Positions 24,918-36,067 of a stretch of 36,067 bases of DNA are shown piece by piece. This DNA is from Atractiella rhizophila (lineage: Eukaryota). A program made the translations under genes and the position numbers. The stretch spans positions 1-36,067 of the forward strand of contig MU271642.1 of assembly GCA_021432655.1 (NCBI GenBank), in the 5' to 3' direction. Within the stretch, counting starts at the first letter, position 1, and each line of letters opens with the position of its first letter. Below the pieces are notes generated by a model. It was given only the letters and a program-made list of their open reading frames with translations, was not told the origin of the DNA and ran no database searches.

Positions 24918-25012
24918 TTCAGATAAGCTTGGTTAATGGACTCAAGCACAATACATTCCACTTAATCATACTTTTGATGAGACTGAGGTCAAGGAGTAAC
25001 TAAGGTTGTCCG

Positions 25013-26119
25013 TCAGGAAGCAGCGTTCAGATTCCATCCCACAACAAGGTTGTCGATCAACCTCGTCTTCCCAACCCAAATAGCTCCAACGAGAACAACA
25101 GCTCTAGAATCTTCACCTCTTGCATCCTTTTCCGTTTCTTCCGTGAGGTCATCTAGCTCCTTCCCACAAACAGCTACATAGTCTCTCTTTGCGCTCACTC
25201 CATCCGTTGCCGCCGCCTGTACGCCTTCCTCGATGCAATTTTCCATGATGCTCTTCACTCTCCTTGCATCCTGTAACCCCACCTGTTTCAGAGCCGCAAT
25301 CTCAGCTTCTCCCCTTCTTAGGGCTCGATGAAGAATAGTCGCGTGCTTCCGTTCAGCAGGTGAGAGGTAAGCGTTNNNNNNNNNNNNNNNNNNNNNNNNN
25401 GTTCCGGTGTGGGGTAGGAGAAATGTAGGTCCTTCAGCATACGACGTAAGAGAAGCGCCTGCTGAATATCCTTCTGCCCAAAAAAAGCCATGTCAGGGGT
25501 CACAATGTTGAACAGCTTCGTGACCACAGTCGCGACTCCACGGAAGAACGTTGGTCTCGTCCACCCTTCCAATACCGACTGAAGACCAGAAACTTCAACG
25601 AACGCTCCTCGCTGCTGAGACACGTCTTGGACGATGCCAGTGGGGTACATTTCTGAGACTGGGGGTAAGAAAAGAGCAAAATTGTCTTTGTAAGTGGTAG
25701 AAAGATGGGAGGGATAGGGAGGATAGCGCCGATACGTCGGAGTTCAGAGTGCGTGGATACGTGGAGAGGTCTTCATGAGGTGCGAACTGGGAGGGATTGA
25801 CGAATATGGAGACGACTGTAGAATCCGTCTTCTGGAGGGATGCGTTCACTTCATGCCACCCACAAAGCAAGTAATCAACACCCAGTATCCCAAAACCGGA
25901 TACATAGCAATAACAGGCTGAAGAGGCTCACAAATTCTAACCTAGGTCTAAATGTCCCTTATGTAGCGCTCCCATTGTAGGCACAAACCCAACTCTTTTC
26001 CCCACGCTCTTCTGTTCTGAACGCCATGACCGCACAGAGGAAACGCTGGTAAGAATCGGGAAGGGGGACGGAGGGAGCGCAGCGCTGGACAATCGACGAA
26101 GCGGTGCGACAATTCTCAT
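25013..26119 (-). CDS. PAN6: Pantoate-beta-alanine ligase (pantothenate synthetase); contains an N gap and an apparent 1-nt frameshift near 25700
   Basis: [63 protein letters not shown] and TRLIDN. An alternative in-frame ATG lies at 26161. Confidence 0.93.
25376..25400. other. Assembly gap inside PAN6
   Basis: 25 N at the position where the conserved DGLAxSSRN motif is expected. Confidence 1.
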
Positions 26120-26503
26120 TCTCGTTGTGGTTGTTGTTCCACTTTCATATGATCGTGGCATTCATAGCACGACTCGAAAAACGTGACTTCGCATCGTTGA
26201 GGAAGAAGTTACAGTATTATTCGTAGCATTACGATTGCAAAAACGGTGAGAAAATAAGTAGATGATCCCATGCAACAAATGTGATAGTGATTGTGAACGA
26301 GAACAGTGGTCAACTCTGTTGACCTATCTTCTCCTCGCCCTTCTCCCACGGGCTGGAGCGCGTGCAACATGGATGACGGGACGAAGCATCTCAGCTCTGC
26401 GTCCTGGATTGAAAGCGAGCATAGGGACGTTGATTTGAGGTGCGGGGAATGCCAGCCCTGTCCTCAGTTTGAGTGCAAGGTTCTAGGCAGAATGTAAATG
26501 AAC

Positions 26504-29500
26504 TCACGCTGTGCTAATCCATGGCCAAAAACATTTGCGTCTTTTTGCGGGTGCTCTTAGAATTGCATTGGCTGGAAAGAGGGATACGCACACTGTATCT
26601 GAGGTGCGGCGCCTGGACGAGCGCCAAATGGAAAGGACTGGATTAATGTCGTAGCGTCTGTTAGGAGCTGCATTCGCGAGGCGTTGGACGTCTTCAGTCG
26701 TTACTGCCTCATTGTTCGCCGCAACTAGAGACCACAAATCAATGCGAGTAGGTCATCTCGACGAAGAGGAAAGGATACCCACCTTCTGCTGCAACTCGCT
26801 GACGCGCTTCTTCAACCCGATTGTGGTCTTTCATCCTGCTGTCATCCCAAAGATCTACACATAGCAGGTGTGACAATCAGTATACAGTGTGTTTCTGGAT
26901 TAGAAATAACGTAGAGATGTACCGCATTGAGCATTTGAATTAGGAGCGCCAGCATAGTTCGCTAAAATTCCAAAGGTTAGACAGACAACATTAGGACCTC
27001 AAACAAGAGGCATACCGCCTGCATTCCTGAAGTGGCTGTAATCGCTGACGACGGCTCCACAGAGGTCTGCATATCAGACAATGTTCAATCGTTCGCAGCA
27101 GAAACATAGCAGAAAGGAGACAGACAGCATGAACTAGTGCGACATGACGGGCACCTGTAGCGCCGCCCGTTAGCTAAGAAGCGCATCAGGAAAACAAACA
27201 GACCACATCTTATTACACCTACAGGGAGGCAGCGTCAGCAAACTGCGTTAAAGAAGTGGTGAGGAAGATGCTTACCCGTCCTCTTTAATGAATCGATTCT
27301 TACAGCGTTCATTCGGACAGACTCGAAGAAGTGCTTCAGACATGGCTTCTTCAACTTGATGGAGACCATCAATCTTCTTATCTTGATCCACCTCTTCACA
27401 AGTTTTCGGCAAATGGCTCTCCTGCGTTCCGCATCAATGTCTCCCCGATATTGCGATGAGGGAGAAGAAATGACCTTCTTGCACTTCCGGCACGATATCT
27501 TCATGCAGTCTTCCTTCTGACATTGGAACACCTTCTCTTCCGGATTGTCGATTACCATCGCAAAAGGGCAGAATCTATCAGATGCAGAGATAATGCCACA
27601 TGTTGTCGGTAAGATGCAGAAAGGGACCCACGGGCATTCCTCAAGTCCCTGGATGTTGGCAGCATTTAGCTCAATTTTTTGCCGTATTCTTTGTAGTAGC
27701 TTCAGTTCCTTCTCTGGTAGCACTCTTTCTACTTCTTGATCAGGGAAATAATCGTCGCAGCCGTCTGCGTCGATGCAATTGATGCTCTGCAGCGGTCCAT
27801 AAGCAAGCAGATTGCAGAATACTACCACTGCGACAGGCGACGCGTACCGCCTTTTGGTTCCCGATCTGTTCCTGGCAATATCGAATCACACAATCCTTGC
27901 AGAACAGATGGCCCTCTCGGCATTGGATCATCTCGCTGAAACCATAGGAACCGTAGCAGCAACTGATCCTCCATAATCAACTTTACCTTGAAGACTGACG
28001 ATTGAACCTCACCCGCAATCAATTCCAATACCTTCTCCACTCTCCATTTGCTCCGCTAACTCCCTCGCCAGCTGTTCATCCCCTGCTACGATTGCTTTCA
28101 TGCGTTCCCGTTCCAACCTCTCCGATCGTTCCCGGTGCTCCTTTTCACGTCTTTGCGCATCCTTGACTGCAGAGACATCCGAACATTCATCATCGAGCTG
28201 AATGAATGAGGATCAAGCACGAACCTTTTTTTGCTCTACACCACTCCCGTTCTCGTTCTAATCTCTCGCGAACAAGATCATCGACCTGCAACACGCTCGC
28301 TTTCTTCCCCTTTCGCTCGATTTTCAGCCATTCGAACGGCGGTAGTTCCATTTCGGAATCTTTGGAAAGTTTGAAGAACGTCGAAGCGTAGTATCCACCA
28401 TGGTCCCTGCAAACTTTGCGTATGTAGACCTTCGATATTCGTGGGAAGTCCGAAAAGAGGGCTTCGAGACTGCTCCAGTATCAATATGAGAAATATTCAA
28501 CCGGAGAAGCTGAGTAGAGGAAAGAACACATCTCGTCAAAACAACTGGGTGGTTACCTCAGAAAGAACAGACCGCTGGCATTCATGCCACTTTGCTGTCG
28601 AGTTTGGGTTAAAATATGGGATGAATATCACAAAGTAGTTACGTCAGTTCAGTTGTTGAGATATAGTCGTTCTCTCCCTTATGCCCCACATTAAGGATTT
28701 CTACAACGAGGAGCTGATGGCCTATGTTTTGTAAAGAAGCATCTTCAGGAACAGGCTTGTTTTGTTACTAAAAAGGTTTTACTTCTACAACAACAAAAAA
28801 ATAGGTGATTGATCATCGTAGTAGTTAGAATAGGGAAATACTGTTGGCGAGAAGAGAGAATAAGTTGTTCAGGGAGACATCTAGCTTTCGCAGCTGTCCA
28901 TTTTCTCATTGTCAAACCGCGTAAATCAAAAAGTTGACAAAAACCCTACGATAGAGCATCACATCCAGGAAAGGGCGAATCTCAGCTTCGATACGAATGA
29001 CGACTTTCTTTCATGTATTTCTCTGTCGTTTCAATACCGCCAATATTCTTAGCACGACTTTGAGCTAATTGTCTTAGGCCACACAGAACCCAGGGAAGTA
29101 AAGGCCAATAGGTTCACACTGATACGGCAAAGCTACTTCTGCTCCATGAAGGTGGCTACTCCTTCACCAGGATGTTATTTCTTTATTGCGTTCACCTCCT
29201 CATGTCAGCGGTGAAGAGCTTGAGAGTCTGCAGGGCAATGTCCCACCTCCCTGCGCGTACTTAACTACCAATGAGGATAAGAGACTCAAGCAGACGGAGT
29301 GGAACGTTATACACGAATGCTTTCCACACAAAGAGAACTCCCTACTAGGAGCCAAGCTTTCTCAGTTTCCTCTCGTCTCTTCACACCCTAATTCCCATCA
29401 CTAACGAGGCGAGAGCACGAACGTACCAAGCATGTTCGTAATCGACCCCTTCTATAGCCCTTTCCTCCTCATTGCACCAATCAATCTCTTCCTCCTCCTC

Positions 29501-29941
29501 CTCCTCCTCTCTCTCCTTTCCTCTCTCCAATCTCTTATCCTCCTTCTGCTTCTTCTTCGCCCTTTCGTTCCCGTTTCCACCAGTAAGAACAACTTCATCC
29601 GAGTCGTCCAGCTCGACCACACTACGTTTACGCTTACCCCTTCCAGGGGGTAGGTCAAGCAGAACGACGCTTCCGCTCCCGCTCGAAGACTTACTCTCCG
29701 TCTGCTGTCCCACTTCCCCTTCCACATCCACATCCATGAGTCCTTCTGCTCCATCCAAGTCGTCATCTCCATCCAATACGGCACCAACGCACCATTCCAC
29801 CCTTCGGTCCTCCCAGACCGCGTTTGGCAGCGTGTCCCTGCCGTCGACCACGTAGAAAGAGCGCAGCCATAATGTTGAGGCGCGGTCAGCCGGGAGGGAG
29901 AGGGAGAAGAGCGCCTGAAGAAGGCTCGCGGGAAGAGCCAT
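26504..29941 (-). CDS. RBR (RING-IBR-RING) E3 ubiquitin ligase, RNF216/TRIAD3-like
   Basis: RING1: CGCC..C.EGHLFC..C. IBR: CPFC..C...C...SCRKCK..SH...C. RING2: CP..RC..RFIKEDGCNKMWC..C...C.LC. First intron is 28470-29426 (957 bp). The exact 3' end is uncertain. Confidence 0.9.
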
Positions 29942-30358
29942 TGTTTGTTGTAAGGATTCAGAGATTTCGCGGGAGAAGTGCTTGTCACGCTGTCACGTGC
30001 ACGTGCACTCCGCTGGCGTTTGGGACGTCGTGCTTTTTACGATCATACAGATCTATTACACGGGCCTCACGAATCTCATGGGTCATGGGTAAATGCCAAG
30101 TTAATAAAACTGTTGCGTATGCCGCTATATCCAGTCAATTGCAGGCTGACAACGAGCAAAGGCAGTCTCTGACGAAGTGCAGCGCGACTTTTTGACGGCG
30201 AACACAATCATTGATGAGCTCGAAGATGATGGGACCAAAGTAGAACATTGTATTGACGTCTTGGAAGGTAAAAATAGACAGGAAAATTTCGGCGAATGTT
30301 GTGGGATCATAACAAACAAATAATCAAGTTCGCAAGCCTGTTGATCGATCGATAATAA

Positions 30359-32037
30359 TCAAAATCCAACAACTTGATAGTTGAAATTGCAGTAGGAAGA
30401 GTCCGCCACGACATCCCTCGCACCACTCACATCGATAATACTCGCGCCAGCACTATTGAGGAATTGCACTCTCACAGCTCCTGTTCTGACGCCAGGAACA
30501 GCATAAGCGTTCAATCCCAATTTGGCTCCAGAGTAACTAGCAATCTGGGCACCACCGCTGAAAACGTTGACGGTGCCTCCAACTGCGTTTTGAGCGACGA
30601 GAATGGCAATATTGATAGTATCTTCAGCGTTCTGCCAACCAGAGGGTTTTCCCAGCGAATCTCCATTGCAGGTAGCCGATCGAAGCAGGGGACGGTACCA
30701 GAACGTTCCAACGACAGAGGCGGAAGTGGTTGGCACGAGCGAGCTCGTACTTGTGGATCCAGCTTTATAAGCAGTGATGAAGGAGGACAGGACCGCTTGC
30801 CAACCGTCATGGGGGTAGCCATCCGTGTATTGACCAATCACTTACTCGCACGTTAATTACCAGGGGAAAAGACAAAAGGAGAGGACGGACCTGAACCAGC
30901 GATGCTTTCTGGCCAAACATTCCCTGAGACTTTTCATGAGGGCATTTCCGCCACCTGTAAAACTTCTCCTACCGAAGTAATGGCTCTCTCCAGCATCATT
31001 CCAAGTTACTATCATATGATTTGGTCAGTGCAGAATGGATGTTGGCAAGAAAGACCCACTAATCTCTACAAAGTCTGGCTGGAGAGCAAGTATTTGACCA
31101 AGACGAAGCCCATAGTTCAGTTCACCTTTTCTTCACATTTTCACGGTATGAGCTGGGTTACCGAACGATAGATGAAAAAAGTACCTATACCAATTTTGTC
31201 CACCATCGATGTGCTTGAACTGTACAGTAGACAAACCTGCATTTAGGCCTTTGGTCAGTACACAACACCCAAGTTTCAGTTTCGGAACGAACCCATCATG
31301 AACGTCTTTCCAGCTGATCTGGCTCCATTCAACCATTGTTGGTCCACCGCACTACTGACGTTAACATTCCCTTGATCCACCGTCGGCCACGCCTCCCAGT
31401 TGAAGATTCCGTCCACAGTAGGAAACGCGTTCCAAAACCCAGATGGGCCGCCAGAATAATCGGAAAAGGCAGGCAAGAAATACACGTCTCCGTAACCTTC
31501 GTTTCTCAGGGTCTGCCGCAAGTTGTTTGCGTAGTAATCGTTCCCAAACCCCGATCCCCAAAATGTGGAAATTATGGGAAGATTCGAATGACGGTGGTAA
31601 GCAGAACTGGAAACGTATTGCCTGAAGAAAGGGAGGTATACGTCTACGTTGCCTTGCGTCGCCATGTCAAAGGAGAAGAAAAGCTTGAAATCGTTATTGA
31701 CAGCCGCATTGAATAAATTAGACAGTGCCGTCACGAGCCACGGTTGATCTGTGCCCCATTGAATGTTAAGAGCAAAAGCGTCGATGTCTAGCTTTATTGC
31801 GTCAAATTCAAGCGCATTTTAAAGGAAACAATCAATACGCAGTGCTTTTGCCTGCTGGACATCAGTCACGGCATGATCAGCATTCGTCGAGCCAACCTGT
31901 GGAAGACAATTAGTAAGAACACTGTCAATGATGTAACGAAAACAGGAGACCATGTAATGTGCATAGACATCCTTGAGGGCAGCTTGAGCAGGTCTCAGCA
32001 GCCAGGTAGCGATATAAATGGTGACAAGTCGCTTCAT
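30359..32037 (-). CDS. Secreted GH71 alpha-1,3-glucanase (mutanase)
   Basis: Signal peptide, VYAHYMVG, IDAFALN, FKLFFSFDM, DGIFNWEAWP, QPDFVEIITWNDAGESHYFG, PHDGW and FNYQV. Confidence 0.93.
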
Positions 32038-33331
32038 TGTGGAATAAGCGGCAAGTAGTGACTTGCTGAGAGGTTGGTAGTTGAGCCACGCATGATCTTA
32101 TATGACCACTCCACGTAGGGCCAGTCTAGAATGATGGGCATGGACGCGTGTTGGGTCACAAAAAAAGTCACGGTGTCGAGTCGATCCTGCGGGGTTAGCT
32201 AAGGAGAGACGCTGAGAAACAATGATGGACTATTCAAACAGCAGGAGGAGAGTGTGGTGATGCAATCGATGAGACTTCGATGAAGTGATGTGTCGATAGC
32301 TTCAAAGATGCCAATGTGTGGCTAAATGTATCCAGCAAAGTCAGTGCTTTGTGCTTCATCGATCTAATCCAAGCACTTCCATGATGCCCCACCTAACGTA
32401 CCATGAGGTAAACGGCGGTCACAATGTGAACGCCGCTCGCCAGGAGGAGCACCAGTTGAAATGCTGATTGAGCGCAATCCAACTTGTGTATACTTCATTT
32501 GAGGGAACGAGCGACTCGCAGCAACCTAACTCTCTTATCGCCTCTCATGATCTCGATCACAATTGCAGCAATCTCTTCATCTCTGCCCTCATTTGAAGAT
32601 GCGCAGGCCTAGAGGTGCTACGGTAAGTGGCGTCTCCCTGTCGAATCGCTTCCCCGTTCATTCTACTCTCTCACATTGCCTTCTACAAAAATCTCTACAG
32701 AACGCATTGCTGGCACTCCAATAAATATAAGGCAACGGTATAAATGTTCATTGCGGTGGTGTGGCATTGATACTAGAATGAATTGCATCAGGCAAGCTTG
32801 CTGTTAGATCAAGAGAGCCATCGTCATATGCTGGCAAAGAACCAGTGCTCGGTTATGCGACCCGGACAGACTCTGGACATGCGAGTATCACGACAAAATA
32901 ACTGGATAGCTAGCCAGACTTTATGCTTTATTACAGTACACAACAACTAAGGGGGTCATTGAGTGTGTGAGCATCAGCACGAATGAACTAGGTTGGCAAA
33001 TAGCCTCAACTAATGAGGAATCCAGGAGCCCCACTGTTAGGACAGGATCGACAGCTTAATTGGTTATAAAGAAGCAGTCTCGAGGCTTGAACAAAGGTCA
33101 TCGGAGCTATTGCAGTAAACAGGACGATCGAGCCTTCACAGAAGGTTGGGAGCGATTGAACCATCCACCAATTTCCACGTTCTAACCAAGGGAAGCAAGG
33201 GCTCACTTGATCTTTCTCAGCAGTTTCAGCATTTCCACCTAATCACCTTCGAAGGCATGAAAACATAATGCAATATTGCATGAGCTCAAATCGAAACGCT
33301 GCGGCATACAACTCTCCCTCCCCATAACTTT

Positions 33332-33879
33332 TCAAGCCTTTGAGAGCTTCTTCACGATCTTGGCTTCCTCAACCAAGAACGCCCTTACAATCCTGTCCCT
33401 CATGGTTCAAACCTCGTTAGAGTGATGGAAAGGAGAAAACATACCTCTCCTTAACGCACTTAGCGCATCGCGATCCTCCGTAAGCTCGGTTGACGGTCTT
33501 CTGACGCTTAGAAATGGTGGCGTATTGGCGGGGACGGAGGGCAGGGATCTAGACCAATCATCTTTCGTGAGATGTGCCGTGAATATTGGATGTAAGGAGA
33601 CGAACACCGGGAAGGGCGACGTGACAATCTCCACACTTGGGTTTCGAAGCGGGCTTCTTGAGCCTCAGGAATCGAAGTTTTCCGCCTATCCCATCCAACA
33701 CACATCAGAACCATCCTCCTTCACTCCCTCAACATGACAATCTCCAATTCAACCACTCCGATGCAAGTGGAGAGCGTACCGGGTGTCTTGATGATTCTTC
33801 GGCGGTTGGACTTGGTGTTGTAAGATTTGCGCGTGCGCAGAGCAACACGTCCAGAAGGGTGGTCTTTTTTGGCGGCCAT
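33332..33879 (-). CDS. RPL34: 60S ribosomal protein eL34 (4 exons; not in the ORF track)
   Basis: Manual splicing gives MAAKKDHPSGRVALRTRKSYNTKSNRRRIIKTPG-GKLRFLRLKKPASKPKCGDCHVALPG-IPALRPRQYATISKRQKTVNRAYGGSRCAKCVKER-IVRAFLVEEAKIVKKLSKA*. Confidence 0.97.
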
Positions 33880-34042
33880 TGTTTGTCGTGAGAGAGTCGG
33901 GAGGGGACTTACAAGCTAGCAAAGAAGAGGAGAATCCAGGTCGGAAAACACGGAAGCCACAAATCGGCTAGAAGGCTCGGAACAAACTTTCTTTGTTGGA
34001 CATTTAGGGTGTAAATGCAAACAACACAATGGATCTTCAATC

Positions 34043-34124
34043 GGCGTTGTACCAAAGTGGTTACTGGGATGGTCTAGAAAACCATTGCCCTTCGGGCGCG
34101 TAGGTTCGAATCCTACCAACGTCG
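34043..34124 (+). tRNA. tRNA-Ser(AGA), intronless
   Basis: Acceptor stem GGCGTTG/CAACGTC with G discriminator, anticodon arm ATGGT-CTAGAAA-ACCAT, long variable arm GCCC-TTC-GGGC, T arm GTAGG-TTCGAAT-CCTAC, followed by a T5 Pol III terminator. Confidence 0.95.
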
Positions 34125-35250
34125 CTTTTTGCTTCTTTGCTTTCTTTTCCACACTTCTGCAATCCTCTTCTCCTCTTCTCCAAGGTCATGGTAAACGGTG
34201 CAAGCAATTAATTCTTCAGCTTCAGCTGTCACGATGTTGCGTACTCAAGGACATGAAATTAGTATTACGGTAATCCTTGTTGTTACTCTATGTCTCCTTT
34301 CGTTCCAATTTGCAACGCACCTACTTCATGAGAGAGCTACTAATAGATACAAGTTCCAAGATAAGGAGATGAGTTGGTCTGCCCAAGCGGCCCCGCTGTT
34401 TGCGTGTGAGCAACCAACGAGTAAATCCTCCTGAGTCCCAACCCAGCTGGATCCACGATCACCAGATTGCTCCTTTTCATCTGGCTGACACAGGCAATCC
34501 TCCATTCGTCCACCGTTCTCTGCAACTCAAATTTTCGTATCATTTGTACCACTTCAAGTTGAACCAAAGCCGAGGGAAGGGGCGACAGCGATATCACGGG
34601 CTGCAGTGGATATCCGAGTCGAGGCAGAGCAGTATTCATACCCGCGAGTAACGGGAGCGCCGGAAGCGAGGTAACAGAGCTCCACACCATTCCGAGATGC
34701 CATGTTTCGCTGAATCCCGCTCACGAGGCTTTGTCTGAAGTCTCAGTACTGTAAGGTTGCCTCCCAAGGAGGAGTTGGGCTCAGGCCACGATTGACCCAA
34801 ATTGAGCATTGAGGAAGTTTCCCCGGAAGCCCGCAATATCCTTCCTGCGATCGTCACGTACTTTCGCTTTTCACAGATTTATGAAAGCAAAGACCTTTTC
34901 ACGGCAACGATGAGGATTGAGCATAAGGATACTATTACCTGAAAAATACAGCGGTGTGATGGATCGTCGTTCGTCCGCGTAACTGGCTGCTTGTACACTG
35001 TACAAAAGGACGGCAGTGGACGTACAATGTACACCCCCTTCTGTTTGCTCAGCACCTCGCCATCACTCAAGCCGACGCTATAAAAAAGCCGAGGGGTTCA
35101 AAGTGTCCCTTTTGCCCCTCTCTCCTTATATTTTGGCTCATTTGGATTTGCTTACGGGTAGGGATATTGCTAGGGATAGTGCTGGGATATTGGGTGGATT
35201 GAACTTTTCTTTATTCTCGCCAGAGAACTCGGAGAAGAAAGAAGTCGAAG

Positions 35251-36067
35251 ATGGGGCTTCGTAACTTTCTCCCATTCACAAAGTGCGTCTTCACTGTAGA
35301 AGAGTTGAAATTTTCAGAGGCTGACAGCGGACGATAGCTACCCAGTTCGCGGTTCGTAGTCCCTCATTTCTCTGGCTTCGGCCTGTCAAGAGGAGGTGAA
35401 CTGATTCTGCTGTGACGCTTAACAGCGAACTATAGGGAACCGAGTGCGTATTCTTTTCAACTTTCATTCTTTCTCATCTCTCGTGAGGACCGAGGCTGAT
35501 ACAACTGGTTCTCAGAAATCATTCCTGCTCTTTTCGTGGGAGCAATCATCACGTACATCCCTCTCCTTCATGTGTCAATGTCATCCCACACGCTAATACG
35601 ATAATGACGGAACAGATACATAGCTCTGACTATATGGAATGTGCTCACACAAGGTTACAACTCAGTCTTCACCTCCATCCTCCTACCCTCCTACACATCC
35701 GATGATTCCACCCAATGTTCTCCAGTCCAACTCAATGTCGGATCCCTCTTCTACACCCAACCTCAGGGTACTTTCAATTGGGCTCTCAACAGTGTCACAA
35801 AGAACCTGACCACTGCTGAGTTCCAGACTGGATTCGGGTACAAGGGTACGTCGATGCTCCACAATCGTCATCCAAGACAAAAGTATCTTTTCGGAGAAGC
35901 TAACTGAATACCCGACGGCCACAGGTGACCCTCTCTCTTGTAACATCACCTCGATAGGTATAACGTACTACTACGGCCAACAATCCTTCGTTTACGGCGT
36001 CTGCGCTAACTGTTCAGTGAGCGGTACGCCGCTCGTTGAACTCCCAACCAACGGTCAAACGTCCTCC
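35251..36067 (+). CDS. Hypothetical membrane-anchored glycoprotein, 3'-truncated by the window edge
   Basis: Five GT-AG introns splice in phase: MGLRNFLPFTNYPVRANYREPKIIPALFVGAIITYIALTIWNVLTQGYNS..C.PVQLNVGSLFYT..GFGYKGDPLSCNIT. One TM helix and N-glycosylation sequons. Confidence 0.75.

Noticed and set aside
29486..29530. (CCT)n/(CT)n simple repeat
   Set aside because: Simply encodes the poly-Glu/ER-rich linker of the RBR ligase.
34069..34085. Reading the tRNA anticodon as TAG (Leu) or CTA (amber suppressor)
   Set aside because: The 5-bp stem ATGGT/ACCAT fixes the 7-nt loop CTAGAAA with AGA at positions 34-36. The G discriminator and long variable arm fit Ser.
34198..34950. Possible gene between the tRNA and the last gene
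   Set aside because: Has a hydrophobic ORF start and intron-like signals, but no consistent spliced frame could be built.

Overview
Intron-rich fungal genomic DNA. Protein signatures look basidiomycete; the species cannot be determined from sequence alone. There are two N gaps. Gene order: three paralogous WWOX/RDH-like SDR oxidoreductases (one truncated by the window edge, one pseudogene, one intact), an orphan membrane protein, homogentisate 1,2-dioxygenase (hmgA), dihydroxy-acid dehydratase (ILV3), ubiquilin (DSK2), a degenerate cyclin-like region, a MOSC/mARC protein, pantothenate synthetase (PAN6), an RBR E3 ligase, a GH71 alpha-1,3-glucanase, RPL34, tRNA-Ser(AGA) and a partial membrane-protein gene. 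Three observations stand out. (1) Four unrelated genes have a 767-1075 bp first intron, while nearly all other introns are about 45-95 bp. (2) hmgA is otherwise intact but has an in-frame loss of the ~31-residue segment carrying two of the three iron ligands. (3) A 1378-bp in-frame internal tandem duplication in DSK2 predicts a ubiquilin with two UBL domains. Assembly error cannot be excluded for (2) and (3).
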